Shown: positions 1 through 12,380, counted from the first letter of the stretch. The stretch: 64,000 nt of DNA from Mobula hypostoma (GCF_963921235.1 NC_086101.1:109864001-109928000), one strand, 5' to 3'. Notes: generated by a model from the letters alone, not told the origin. Program-made: numbers and translations.

Positions 1-195
1 CTGTGGTGGCCAGGTTGTTGGGTTTATTTAAGGTGGAGATTGATAGGTTCTTGATTGGACATAGCATCAAAGGTTATGGGGAGAAGGCTTGGAAATGGGG
101 TTGAGGAGGAGGGGGAGAAAAAGGATCAGCCTTGACTGGAGGCCAGAGCAGACTCGATGGACAAGATGGCCTAATTCTGCTCCTATGTCTTATGG
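1..195 (+). mobile_element. CR1 LINE 3' end fragment
   Basis: Typical CR1 3' end (gagattgataggttcttgatt...aaaggttatggggagaagg...ggcctaattctgctcctatgtcttatgg). The same sequence recurs at the ends of the CR1 copies at ~9.9, 47.3, 54.3 and 57.6 kb. Confidence 0.75.
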
Positions 196-720
196 AGAAT
201 GATCACTATTGCCAATACTACCATCGGGGTGGGGTGGGGGGGAAGAGGTATAACAGCTGGAAGACTCACACACAACATTTTAGAAACAGCTTCTTCTATT
301 ACACGCGGAAACAGAATTAGGCCATTCAGCCCATTGGGTCTGCTCCAACATTCGATCATGGCTGATTTACTATCCCTCTAAACTTCTGCCTTCATCCCCC
401 TAATCTTTGACACCCTAATTAATCAAGAAACTACCAACCTCCTCTTTAAATACACCCAATGACTTGATCTCCACTGCTGTCCATGGCAATGAATTCCAGA
501 TTCACCAGCTTCCGGCTAAAGAAATTCCTCCTCATCTCTGTTGAGAAGAGACATCTTCCCTGTCATCAGATTTCTGAATGGTCGATGAACCCTTAACACC
601 ACCTGACTATTCCTCTTTCTGCACTAGTTATTTATCTACTTATCTATTTATTTATAATTTTTTTTATTGGAACTCACAGTATTTTTTTGTCTTACACTAC
701 ACTGCTGCTGCAAAACAACA
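196..720 (+). mobile_element. Rex1/Babar-like LINE 3' fragment, interrupted by an antisense CR1 3' fragment (~315-545)
   Basis: Encodes a degenerate version of the C-terminal motif 'GKRYNSWKTHTQHFRNSFF', which recurs about 20 times in the window. The interrupting segment is the reverse complement of the CR1 3' end. Confidence 0.6.
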
Positions 721-734
721 TACTTTCTGACATT

Positions 735-1283
735 CATTCTGTGGCCATTTTATTAGGTATTTGCTCATTAATGCAAATGTCTAATTGGCCAATCATGTGG
801 CAGCAACTCTATGCACAAAAGCATACAAACATGGTCAAGAGGTTCAGTTGTTCAGACCAATCATCAGAATGGGAAAGAAATGTGATCTAAGTGACTTTGG
901 CTGTGGAATGACTGTTGGTTTCAGACAGGGTGGTTTGAGTGTCTCAGAAACTGCTGACCTCCTGGGATTTTCACACATAGCAGTTCCTAGACTTTACAGA
1001 GGATGGTATGAAAAACACACAGAAGAACAACCAGTGAGCGGCAGTTCTGTGGGGTGAACACGCCTTGTTAATGACAGAGGTCAGAGTAGAATGGTCAGAC
1101 TGATTCAAGCTGACAGGAAGGTGACAGTAACTCAAATAACCACATGTTACAACAGTGTTGTGCAGAAGAGCATCTCTGAATGCACAACACGTTGAACCTT
1201 GAAGTGGATGGGCTCCAGGAGCAGAAGACCACAAACTTAATAAGGTGGCAACAAGAGGCACCTAATAGAGTGGCCACTGAGTG
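735..1283 (+). mobile_element. Non-autonomous Tc1/mariner element (transposase N-terminal HTH only)
   Basis: TIRs cattctgtggccattttattagg ... cctaatagagtggccactgagtg. ORF 785-1057 contains MGKKCDLSDF..GMTVGFRQGGLSVSETADLLGFS (Tc1 paired-like HTH). A second copy lies at 47667-48215. Confidence 0.85.
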
Positions 1284-1334
1284 AATGCCAGTGATCATAA
1301 ACCCGATTCTGAAGAAAAGACTATTCCAAGTTAC

Positions 1335-1661
1335 CTGCAACGATGACATTTGAGACCGCACAGCATTCTTGTTTGGAGGCGGAATCTTTGAAGCAACTTG
1401 TGTAGTTTCCTGCTTGGGAAGTTGTGATGTTTTTTAGCAGCAGAGTAGCATTTCCACTTGCATAGCTGGCCAAAACACCAGGGATCTCTTTTACAGGTGG
1501 CTCCTGGCCAATGCTCATGGTAGTAATCAAGTTTCTGCCTTGCATCCAGGTTAGGTGTAGATTAGATGTAAAACATTTCAGATTGTGGGAAAAGTGGAGG
1601 ATTAGATCTTCCCCTGCCCTTACTGTGACCTCTGTGGAGCTTGCCCAGACATCTCTTTCAC
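1335..1661 (-). CDS. IgV-like domain exon (domain 2) of the minus-strand Ig-superfamily gene, with a non-canonical cysteine pattern
   Basis: Acceptor ttcctttcatccttag| at 1661 and donor GCAG|gtaact at 1335. 327 nt, phase 1-1, open. Peptide ERDVWASSTEVTVRAGEDLILHF...LTWMQG...GNATLLLKNITTSQAGNYTSCF...CCAVSNVIVA has the Ig C-strand Trp, the E-strand GNATLLL and a degenerate D-x-G-x-Y-x-C motif. Confidence 0.85.
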
Positions 1662-1865
1662 CTAAGGATGAAAGGAACACATAACTATACAGCAACATGC
1701 CCATGATGTTGTGCCCACCTTTCAACCTACCTTTAGTTCCTTCCCTCCCAGGTAACCCTCCATTTTCCTCTCATCCATCTGCCCCAAGGTCTCTTGTTGT
1801 TGTTGCTCCTTTCCACGCTTTGTGGCTCATTGGGTGGGACCTTGCTGGTTCTGTAGCATTTTTTG

Positions 1866-2007
1866 TCTGCTTCTTTTTACCAGGCCAAGTTGCTAGCTTG
1901 GCGCTCAACCCAACACGGTTGGAAAGCGTGTAAGGAGCTGGCCAGATTCGAACGCAGGACCACTCGCCTCAAAGTCCAGTGCAGATGGCACTTTGCCACC
2001 GGCCGGC
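1866..2007 (-). mobile_element. tRNA-derived SINE (family B)
   Basis: The minus strand starts gccggccggtggcaaagtg with a B-box-like gttcgaatc. A related plus-strand copy lies at ~43090-43275. Confidence 0.65.
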
Positions 2008-2944
2008 AAATAATCCTCCCACATAATCCTCCAATTTTCCAATCATTCATGCGCCTAAGGGTCTTTTATATGCGCCTAATGTATCTGCCTGTATCACTAT
2101 TCCTGGCAGAGCAATCTACACACACACAGTGTTAAAACAAAACAGCTCTGACATACAGTACCTCCCGCCGATCACCTTGAAATTATGCCATCTCGTATTA
2201 GCCATTTGTGTCATGCAGGTGTCCATTCTATCCATGCATCTTAAGTCCAAGCTCATTCAATCTATCCTCATAAGACTTGCTCTGTACTGCAGGCAACATC
2301 AAGGTAAATCACTTCTGCATCCTCTCTAAAGCCTCCACATCCCTCCTAAAATGAGGCAACCATAACTGAACACGATACTCCAAGATGTTGTCTAACCAGG
2401 GCTTTATAGATCTGCAATATTACCTCATAGCTCTTGAACTCAATCCCCCGAAGAAACACCCTCCACCTTTGCAACAATCCTATCAATTTCCATTGCAATT
2501 TTGAGGGATCAAAGTTCATGCTGTACAACTCTCATCCTCCAACACAGAGATTGCGAGTAAACATGTTCATCATGGGGGTACATTTTTACCCCACTAATCG
2601 TAGGGAGGTTGAGGAAGGCCAGCAGATACACTGACTCCTTCAAATAATCTTCCCATTTGCCCCCATCTCACTGTTTTGTTACTCTCTCTAAATATCCATT
2701 CAATGGACTTTTGAAGGCTTCAAATGAATCTGTCCTTAGATATGAAATCATGTAACTTGTTTACTGCACGCTGGTGAACATAGAGTACTGTGCAAAAGTC
2801 TTAGGCACATTATTACAGCTAGGGTCTATACCAGCTCTCAAAACAATGCCATTTCATGACTTACTCCTCTGTAACAAACTCACTGTCTCTCATATACCCT
2901 TCAGCTTCTCCCAATTCTCCCACCTACTCTTGAGGCCTTGGTCA

Positions 2945-3560
2945 GTCAGAGTTGGCCATGGATATTGTGTCCTAGCTGTTTAGATATGCAAGCCTAGGCA
3001 GTATGATATGGAGAGCAAGCCTGGGCAGTATGATATGGAGAGCAAGCTGTTGCCCACGTAGCAAACTCACCTTCTTCACACATTTGATGAACCCAAAGGA
3101 ACGGCAGAGTTTGGTACCAGCGGCGTTGCGGGAGTTGCCAGTCAGCATTGAACTCAATGTCGAACTGTATTAGGGACTCCAGCTCCGGACTTTTCCCCTT
3201 GGGGTTTTACTCCCAAAGCCTTCCCCATGGGCAGGGCAGCGGAGGTTTGAGATCAGAGTTTTTCTTCTCCTAGAACAGCTGCCAACCATGGCTGACGAGC
3301 CCCATCTGCTGGAAGCGACAGGTTTTAAGGTGTCGGTAACCTGCCTTTGCCCATTCTCCTGTCAGAAACTGGTCCGCTGGGCTTAGTAGCCAGACCACAC
3401 GTGAAGGCCAGGAACTGGACTTGGTTGCCAGAGTTTATTTGAGGTGCACACCATTAAGAACATTTAATAGACAGTGGGATCTTGGCCCCATTACCACCCC
3501 CGGCAGGGAGAGGGGAATCACGGTTGGGAAGAGGCGAAGGAGCGGAAAGCACCAGAGAGA
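2945..3560 (-). mobile_element. Non-coding interspersed repeat (probable non-autonomous retroelement)
   Basis: Its 5' ~400 bp are homologous to 11795-12200 (ggtagtgggg..cccact hairpin, ccaagtccag.tcctggccttc, ctaagccc.gcgga). It contains a 27-bp tandem duplication at ~2987-3046. Confidence 0.55.
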
Positions 3561-3762
3561 CACTCTGTAACAATCAATAAACCAACTGTTTGGATTCAAA
3601 TGACCTTGCCTGGTGTGTCAAGGTTGGGCCTGTCTGTAGACGTGCCGCCCCCTGGCACTCCTCTGTCCCAAAGCCCTCCCGCGGCGTTCCACCCTCGCAT
3701 TCCCAACACCCTTTGCTCCCGCCAGATTTAGAAACTCACCCTCCGCTCCATGTCGACAAATA

Positions 3763-3829
3763 CAGTACTGTGCAAAAGTCTTGGGCACCCTAGAAATATA
3801 TATGGGCCTAAGACTTTTGTACAGTACCG
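3763..3829. mobile_element. 67-bp Tc1/mariner-type MITE
   Basis: TIRs cagtactgtgcaaaagtcttgggc / gcctaagacttttgtacagtaccg, flanked by TA on both sides. A half copy lies at ~2785-2825. Confidence 0.75.
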
Positions 3830-4539
3830 TATATGCACCCTGCAAGGAGTTTCACCTGGTTTACCACTGCACTTTAGGTATGTCCAATACTGCCTTCAAC
3901 GTGACCTGTTATTCTTTATTGAAACATCCTAATCTTTCAGTAATATTTTCCTCTTGCTCAAGATAGAAGAGACAGAATTATGCTTTGAGAAGAAAGTACA
4001 TAAAATACTTTGAAAAGAAATCGATATAGGGAGAGGTTGGAAGGCTAGGTCTTTATTCTTTGGAACGTGGGAGAATAAGGAGAAAACTTATAGAAGTGTT
4101 TAAAATTAGATAAGGAGGGTGGTAAAAGCCTTTTCTCCTGGGTAAGTGGACACAGATTTAGCTTGAGAGGGGAAAAGATTCAAAAGGGACTCGAGGGGTA
4201 ACTTTTCACTGGGGGTGGGCAGTATGTGGAATGAATGGCTGAGGCAGGTACAACAGTATCATTTAACAAACACTTAGATAGGTAGGTGCAGGAGCGGGGC
4301 TTAGAGGGGTATGGGCTGGACGCAGCAGCTGAGAGAACAAAAGGAAAGGAAAATGTAGTCACAGTCATTTCATACTCAGACTAAAGATAACCAAAAATTC
4401 CAGTGCTAACAATTAACCTATAACATAGCCAGGTTCAAGAGGCAAGACACATGCTACTGAAAACTACAGGGTTTCTAGAAAAAAATACAGAAGCAACTGT
4501 ACCACAAGTAATGGCAATAAGTAACTGAACAACTACATG

Positions 4540-5087
4540 AATAGGTAGAAGTGGAAAGAGTGAACAATTCCAAGTTTCTGGGTGTCAACATCTCTGAGGA
4601 TCTATCCCAGGCCCAACATGTCGATGCAGTTACTAAAAGCGGCAGGACAGTAGCTATGCTTCTTTAAGAGTTCGAGGAGATTTGGTTTGGTACCAAAGAC
4701 ACTCGCAAATATCTACTGATGTACTATGGAGAGCATTCTAACTGGTTGCATCACTGTTGTGTGTGCTTGTGCATGGGGAGAGGGGGCTGCTAATGCACAG
4801 GACTGAAATAAGCTACAGCAAGTTGTAAACTCAGTCCACTCCATCATGGGCACTAGCCTCCCCAGCATCCAGGACATCTTCAAGGAGTGACACCTCAAAA
4901 AGGCGGCGTCCATCATTACCCAGGACCCCCCATCACCCAGGACATGCCTTGTTCTCATTACTAACATCAGGGAGGAGGTTCAGGAGACTGAAGGCACAGT
5001 CTCAATGTTTGAGGAACAGCTTCTTCCCCTCTACCATCTGATTTCTGAATGGACATCGAATACATAAACACTATCTCACCACTTATT

Positions 5088-5136
<49 letters not shown>

Positions 5137-5260
5137 CGCACACGCGCGCTCACACTATATACATATATAATTACTGTAATTCAGTTTTCATTATCAGGTA
5201 CTGCATTGTACCACCGTCACAAAAACAAATTTCATGACATACGCTGGTGATATTAAACCT
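4540..5260 (+). mobile_element. Rex1/Babar-like LINE 3' portion
   Basis: Encodes degenerate 'VEXVNNSKFLGVNISEDLS...SGRRFRRLKA...RNSFFP' and ends in the tail tgatattaaacctgatgctgattct. Confidence 0.7.
5091..5155. repeat. (TG)n-(CG)n-(CA)n alternating purine/pyrimidine microsatellite
   Basis: About 19 TG units followed directly by cgcgcgcgcgcacacgcgcg. Confidence 0.95.
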
Positions 5261-5399
5261 GATGCTGATTCTACAAAATTTCAAGCACATACATAGCAAA
5301 GTTAAAACTACAAGGAAAATAACAATTTTATTCAGGACCTACACTTACCTTCAACAAATTTTCTTATTAATATTTGTGGAAACATTCAGAAAAAGCAAA

Positions 5400-5765
5400 G
5401 ATAAAGATCATCTTTTAACCATCCTAATATGCTCCCTCCTACACAAGTTTTTATTTTCTGCAGTAATCTTTGAGACAGCCCCTAACTAAATGCCTTCTGG
5501 AAATCTAAGAATAGTACATCCACCCTCATCTGGCAGTTCCCCCTTGATCCACAGCATATTATTTATTTATTCAGAGAACAGTCAAGTGTTCTAATGTGAA
5601 TCCCGTTTCACGGAACCATGTTTACTCCATGTGGTTACCTTCAATTTTTCAAAGTACCGTGCTATGACAGTTTAATAAGAGTTTCTAATATTTTCCGTGA
5701 TGTTAAACTAAATAGAATTTGGTTTCCCTTCTCTTTGAGTAATGGTTACTTTTGCTATTTGCTTC
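5400..5765 (-). mobile_element. Degenerate CR1 RT fragment
   Basis: The minus strand gives remnants of the 'AKVT..K.EG...SLTS' and 'VDVLFLDFQKAF' motifs. Confidence 0.55.
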
Positions 5766-5947
5766 TCGTTGTTACCATCAGGAAGGAGGTACAGAAGCCT
5801 GAAAGCATACAGTCAGCGATTCAGGAACAGTTTCTTCCCCTCTGCCATCTAATTCCTAAATAGATATTGAACCTATGAGCATTACTTCACTTTTTAAAAA
5901 CATATATTATTTCCACTTTTGCACTATTTTTAACTATTCTATATATA

Positions 5948-6237
5948 AGCACGTGGCCAAGTGGTTGAGGCATTGAACTAGCGACCTGAAGGTCGTGAGA
6001 TCGAGCCCCAGCCGAGGCAATGTGTTGTGTCCTTGAGCAAGGCACTTAATCACACATTGCTCTGTGACGACACTGGTGCCAAGCTGTATGGGTCCTAATG
6101 CCCTTCCCTTGGGCAACACTGGTGTGGAGAGGGGAGACTTGCAGCATGGGCAACTGCTGGTCTTCCATGCAACCTTGCCCAGGCCTGCGCCCTGGAGAGT
6201 GAAGACTTTCCAGGTCTCACAAGACTAACGGATGCCT
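5948..6237 (+). mobile_element. tRNA-derived SINE (family A)
   Basis: A box tggccaagtgg, B-box-like gagatcgagccc, core ccttgagcaaggcacttaa. Homologous to 20390-20698(-) and 32538-32842(+). Followed by an (AT)n run at ~6243-6278. Confidence 0.85.
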
Positions 6238-6240
6238 TTG

Positions 6241-6284
<44 letters not shown>

Positions 6285-8389
6285 TATTTACTGTATAATT
6301 TTTAAATCTTTTTATATTATGTATTGCATTGAACTGCTGCTGCAGCTAAGTTAACAAATTTCACACACATGTCACACATGTCGGTGATAATAAAACTGAT
6401 TCTGATTTTTCAAATCTTAATGGAGTCTTCCCATTAGTTGAGGAATGCTGGAAAATCAGAACTAATACCTCAGCTATTGTGTTAAGCCACTTCTTTCAAG
6501 CCCCCTAGGATGAAGTTCACCAGGATCCTTGGACTAGTCAGCACGTAGCTCTAACAGTTTGCTCAGCACCACTTTCTTGGTGATTGCAAATTTCCCCAGC
6601 TGCCCCCATTTTGCTTCCTATTGCTAATTCCTGGGGCACATTTTTAAAATGACCAAAGGTCACTTTGTTAAAAGGGAGCAGGTTTAAGATCAGAAGCAGG
6701 AGATTTAGAAGGGACATCAGGGGCTGCTTCTTCACGCAGAGGGTGGTGCATATTCGGAAAGAGCCACCAGAAGTCGTGGCACATTAACGACATTTAAAAG
6801 CCATCTGGTTAAGTACACAAATAGGAGTTTCAGCAGGCTAGGGGCCAAATGTGGGCAGATGGGACTAGTTCACTGGCCAATATAGTTGGCATGCATGAAT
6901 TGGGCTGAAGGCCTACTTGCATGCTGTAGGATTCTATGACTCAACCTAGTTATCCATTCTTACATTTCTGTTTTGTTTAATCTCATACTCATAAACTTTC
7001 CTCCTTAGAGTGGGAGGAGTTCTAAGGAAATCAAGAATCCTACAAGAGGTGCAGGTATGATCTCCGGAAAGCCACCTCACGGGCAAAGTGGAGATTCCGG
7101 ACTAGACTGGAATTAAAGAGGGATGCACGACAAGTGTGGCAGGGTTTGAATGCCAAAAACTCCTACAAAGTTAAATCTGGTGACATAGGGAAGAGCAGAG
7201 CTTCACTTACAGATGAGCTCAATGCCTTCTATGCTCACTTTGGCCACTAGAACAGGGAGGAACCATTGCTCACCCCCATGTCCCCTGATGATCCTTTGGT
7301 CTCAGATTCTGAAAATGATGGAGAGTGAATCCAAGGAAAGCATTCAGTCGGGATGGAGTACTGATGATCTGTGCTAAAGGTTCAAAGGTTCATTTACTAT
7401 CAAAGGAAACAACTCTGAAATTCTTCTTCTCCAGATAGCCACGAAACCAAGAAAGATCATCAATCCCTAAATCCCTCCTCCTCCGCACAAAAAAAAAGAC
7501 ACATAAACATCAACCACCAAATTCCCCTTTCCGCAGGAAAATAAGATGAGAAAGATCGGGTGAAAAACAGAAAATTTAAATAACTATAAGACTGAGAAAA
7601 AGAAGTCCATTGGCCATAGTCCAAGTCCATAATCCATATCCAAAACACAGAAAACTTTGGGCACAGTAGCAGGCCACACAGTTTCCTCTCTCCAGTATCA
7701 GAAGAAAAAGCAGGCAGACAGCGCTCACCACCTGCATTTGCCTCAATGTTTCAATCTCCCTTGCCGCTTTAATCAGCGAACAATGGAAGCTTTACTCAGC
7801 GAAATTAAGTCTCGATATTTCAATCTCCCTCATCATTTTAATCAGCAAACCATGGAAGCTTTAATCAGCAAAACGGAGTCAAACATCGGCTCACAGCCTC
7901 CTCGCCACGAGGCTTGCATTTGCTGCCTCTGCGTCCCGGAATCCTCTTGGAGACTGCAGAGTGCTGGATGTCCCAAACAATCGTCAGACTGCAAATCACA
8001 GGCTCCAACAGTTCCAGAACCACATTCAAGATGAAAAACAGGCATGAGAGACATGAAAGTGAAATAAATTGTTTTGTGGTCTATCAGAAGACGTTGCCCA
8101 TTGGAGCATTGTACTCAGCCGCCATTTTAACCTGCCTCAATGGCAATTATCCAATGGCACTTACATCCACAGTGAAATGTCTTGAGGCTGCTGTTGAAGC
8201 ATATCAGCTTCCGTCTCAGTGAAGACTTGGATCCCCACCAATTTGCCGACCAAAGCACATGTCGTCTTCATTGCCTCTTCACTCAATTACGATTGAGAAG
8301 GTGCCAGACAGCCCACCTCTCCCGGAAGTTCCGGGAGTCTCCCGCAAATTGATGGTGCTACCTCCCTGAAATGAGTTTTTGCAGGGTGG

Positions 8390-9978
8390 GATGTCTGAGG
8401 TGCTCAGGAAGCTTAATGGTCTGAGGGTGGATAAATCTGGACCTGAATGAATGCACCCTCGGGTTCTCAAGAAACTAGCTGGAGAGACTGTGGAGGCATT
8501 AATGATGATCCTTCAAGAATCGACAGATTCTGGCATCGTACTGGATGACTGGAAAATTGCAAATGTTACTCCACTATTTAAGAAGGGTAGGAGGCAGCAG
8601 AAAGGAAACTATAGACCTGTTAGCCTGACATCAGTAGTTGGGAAGTTGTTGGAATTGATTGTTAGGTATGAGATTACGGAGTAACTGGAGGCACATGACA
8701 AGATGGACCAAAGTCAACGTGGCTTCCTGAAAAGAAAATCCTGCTTGATAAACTTACTGCAATTCTTTGAGGAAATTACAAGCAGGGTAGACATAGGAGA
8801 TGCAGTAGATGTGGCGTACTTGGATTTTCAGAAGGCCTTTGACAAGGTGCCGCACATGAGGCTGCTTAGCAAGATAAGAGCCCATGGAATTACAGGGAAG
8901 TTACTAGCGTGGATGGAACACTGGCTGATCAGCAGAAAACAGAGAGTGGGAAGAAAGGGATCCTGTTCTGGCTGGTTGCCAGTTACCAGTGGATTCCACA
9001 GGGGTCGGTGTTGGGACCATTGCTTTTTACGATGTATGTCAATGATTTGGACTATGGTACTAATGGATTTGTGGCTAAATTGCCGATGATACAAAGATAG
9101 GTGGAGGAGCGGGTAGTGTTGAGGAAACAGAGAGCTTGCAGAGAGACTTAGATAGTTTAGGGAAATGGGCAAAGAAGTGGCAAATGAAATACAATGTTGT
9201 AAAGTGTATGGCCATGCACTTTGGTGGAAGAAATAAATGGGCAGACTATTGTTTAGATGGGGAGAGAATTCAAAATACAGAGATGCAAAGGGACTTGGAA
9301 GTCCTTGTGCAAGATACCCTAAAGGTTAACCTCTAGGTTGAGTCTGTTGTGAAGAAGGTGAATGCAATGTTAGCATTCATTTCTAGAGGTATAGAATATA
9401 TGAGCAGGGATGTGATATTGAGGCTCTATAAGTGCAGTTTTGGGCTCCTTATTTTAGAAAGGATATACTGACATTGGAGAGGGTTCAGAGAAGATTCATG
9501 AGACTGTTTCCAGGAATGAAAGGGTTACTGTATGAGGAATGTTTGGCAGCTCTTGGGCTGTATTCCCTGGAGTTCAGGAGAATGAGGGGGGATCTCATAG
9601 AAACATTCCAAATGTTAAAAGGCCTGAGCAGATTAGATATGGCAAAGTTATTTCCCATGGTAGGGGATTCTAGGACAAGAGGGCACAACTTCAGGATTGA
9701 AGGATATCCTTTTAGAGCTAAGATGCAGAGAAATTACTTTAGTCAGAGGGTGATAAATCTGTGGAATTTGTTGCCACGAGCGGCTGTGGATGCCAAGTCA
9801 TTGGGTGCATTTAAGGCAGAGATAGATAGGTTCTTGATTAGCCAGGGCATCAAAGGGTATGGTGTGAAAGCAGGGGAGTGGGGATGACTGGAAGAATTGG
9901 ATCAGCCCATGATTGAATGGCGGAGCAGATGCGATGGGCCAAATGGCCTACTTCTGCTCCTGTATCTTATGGTCTAAT
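8390..9978 (+). mobile_element. CR1 LINE, 5'-truncated, RT with stops and frameshifts
   Basis: ORFs 8451-9887 give MHPRVLKKL, WKIANVTPLFKKG, NYRPVSLTSVVGK, YLDFQKAFDKVPH, PQGSVLGPLLF, LERVQRRF and LEFRRMRGDLIE, followed by the CR1 3' UTR. Confidence 0.95.
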
Positions 9979-11265
9979 CCTAGAACACCTGGACAGCAAA
10001 GATACATACATCAGGATGCTCTTTGTCAATTATGGCTCAGTATTTAACACCATCTTCTCCTCTAAACTAATCAATAAACTACAAGACCTGGTCTGCAATA
10101 CACCCTTGTGCAACTGGATCCCAGATTTCTGCACTTGCAGAAACCAGTCAGTTCGGATTGACAGAAACATCTCATCCGCAATCTCCATTAGCACAGGAGC
10201 ACCACAGGGATGTGTGCTTAGCCCCTGGGCTTACACCTATGATTGTGTGGCTAAGCGCAGCTCCATGCCATATTCAAATTTGCTGATGACACCACTGTTG
10301 TGGGCCATATCAAAGGGGGTGGGGTGATGAATCAGCGTACAGGAGGGAGAGTCATAATTTGGCTGAGCGGATTAATAAGAACAACCTCTCACTCAATGTT
10401 AACAAGCCAAAGGAACTGCAGGAACTACTTGTAAACTTCAGGAGAGGGAAACCAGAGGTCCATGAGCCAGTAATCATCAGAAGGTCAGAGGTGGAGAGGG
10501 TCAGTAACTTTAAATTGCTGGGTGTCACTATCTCAGAGGACCTGTCCTGGACCCATCATTTCCTCAGGAGTCTGTGGCATGTCATCAGAAACCTTGATAA
10601 ACTTCTATAGATGTGTGGTTGACGTGTACTGAGTGGCTGAAATAAGCCCTGGTATGGAAATACCAATGTTTTTTGAGCAAAAAATCCTCCAGTACATCAC
10701 GGGTAAAGTCCACCCAACCACTGAGCACATCTACGTGAAACATTGCTGTAGAAAAACAGCATCCATCATCAAAGATTCTTGCAACCCAGGCCAAGCTCTT
10801 TTCTTGCTGCTGCCACCAGGCAGAAGATACAAGAGCCTCAGCACTTGCACCACCGGGTTCAAGAACAGTTACTACCCCTCAACCATTAGGCTCTTGAACA
10901 AAAGGGGATAATGACACTCATTCTATTTCTGGTGTTCCCACAACAGATGGTCTCACATTAAGCACTGTTTAATCTTGTTTTATTTTCTCTCGTTACTTAT
11001 TGATATTTATTTTTATTTGCGTTTGCACAGTTTGTTGTTCGTTGATCCTGTATGCAGTTACTGTCCTATAGATTTGCTAAGTACAGTCGCAATACCTGTT
11101 TTTCTGCATTAATTACTCATAAAATATGGCCTGATTGTGCTTGGGAGGGGGAAGGGGACTTCAGTGCTTTTTTCCCTCTCTGTTTCATGGATGTCTGGAG
11201 AGTAAGAATTTCAGGTAGTCTACTGTCTACATTCTCTGATATTAAATTGAACCATTGAACCATTA
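9979..11265 (+). mobile_element. Rex1/Babar-like LINE, RT C-terminal part plus 3' UTR
   Basis: [64 protein letters not shown]...FKNSYYPSTIRLLN. Tail attaaattgaaccattgaacc. Confidence 0.85.
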
Positions 11266-11635
11266 ATTTTCAAGTCAGTCTGATGCTGTGTTACATTACT
11301 TTGGACAATGACATACCCCTTTTATCTCCAAGTCTGAGACACTGCCTTTAATTTTTCTTAGTTACAACAGATGGTGAATCCTCCTCTGAAATGCTCTCTC
11401 TACTTGGAATATGTTTATTCTTTCAGTTCTGAAATTTAAGATCCCCTTAAATGTTTGCCACTGAGTCATGATCCCTTAACCCAATTTGTTAGTTTATTTC
11501 CTACTGCTCTACTTTCACACTTGTGAAACTGCTGCTAAATTTAAAAAACTCTAGTCTTTGTGCCATTTTTCTTTCTCCCTGACTTCCAAGGTATCACAAG
11601 CACGCCTACCTTGGTGTGCCCTTCATTATCAGAAC

Positions 11636-11790
11636 GTGGGTCGGGCAGTGGTTAGCGTAATGTTATTACAGTGCCAGTGTGCTGATTTCAACTCCTGCTG
11701 CTGTCTGTATGTTCTCCCTGGTGATCCGGTTTCCTCCTACATTCCAAAGATTTAGAAGGTTAATTGCTGACATGGGTATAATTGGGTTCC
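11636..11790 (+). mobile_element. Truncated V-SINE/HE1-like SINE fragment
   Basis: gcagtggttagcgtaatg head and tgttctccctggtgatccggtttcctcctacattccaaaga core resemble vertebrate V-SINE central domains. Confidence 0.45.
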
Positions 11791-11794
11791 AAGG

Positions 11795-12380
11795 TTGTCA
11801 AGCCGAGGAGTGGTAGTGGGGACAAGCTCCCACTACCTAAAAGTGCTCCTCACGGCATGTGCCTCAGATAGCCTCTGACAACCAAGTCCAGCTCCTGGCC
11901 TTCTTGTGTGGCTTAGATACTAAGCCCGGCGGAACTGTTTCTACTGACAGGAGAAGGAGCGAAGGCAGGTCCTGGTGCCTTAAAACTAGTGCTTCGGGTA
12001 GATGGAGCTCGTCAGCCTGGGAAGGCAGTCCATCAGAGAGGGAAAACTCTGATTTCAAACCACCGCTGCCTTGTGGCCATTCCCACTCATGGGAAAGGCT
12101 TCGGGAGTAAACCCTGAGGGCAAATCTGGAGCTGGGAATCCCTAAGGCAGTCCAACATTGCCTTCAACCTCGTTCTGGCAACTCCAGCGACGTCACTGGT
12201 GCCAAGCTGTATCGGCCTTTACCCTTCCCTTGGACAACATCGGTGTCATGGAGAGGGGAGACTTGCTGCATGGGCAACTGCCAGTCTCCCACACAACCTT
12301 GCCCAGGCCCGCGCCCTGGAGAGACTGAAGCAAGGCTTTCCAGGTGCAGATTCATGGTCTCACGAGACTATCAGATGCCA
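11795..12380 (+). mobile_element. Non-coding interspersed repeat sharing its 3' ~200 bp with SINE family A
   Basis: 12195-12380 (cactggtgccaagctgtat...ccttcccttggacaacatcgg...gagacta.cagatgcc) matches the 3' half of the SINEs at 5948, 20390 and 32538. The 5' part matches 2945-3560(-). Confidence 0.65.

Noticed and set aside
3340-3440. HDV-like ribozyme (ccttcacgt followed by ctaa; also at ~11880-11935)
   Set aside because: The TTCACGT loop resembles the CPEB3 L3, but I could not build complementary P3, P1 and adjacent P2 strands.
5340-5400. Consensus minus-strand donor AAG|gtaagt at ~5348 as an extra exon of the Ig gene
   Set aside because: There is no good acceptor or open Ig-like frame upstream, and it abuts a degenerate CR1 fragment.
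5948-6020. tRNA genes (also at 20630-20698, 32538-32610, 1940-2007 and ~43090)
   Set aside because: The A/B boxes continue into SINE bodies, two copies have TSDs, and I could not build a complete cloverleaf or find a terminator.
7657-8034. 125-aa ORF with an internal 23-aa repeat
   Set aside because: It reflects a 69-bp tandem duplication inside a non-coding interspersed repeat, with no splice signals or domain.
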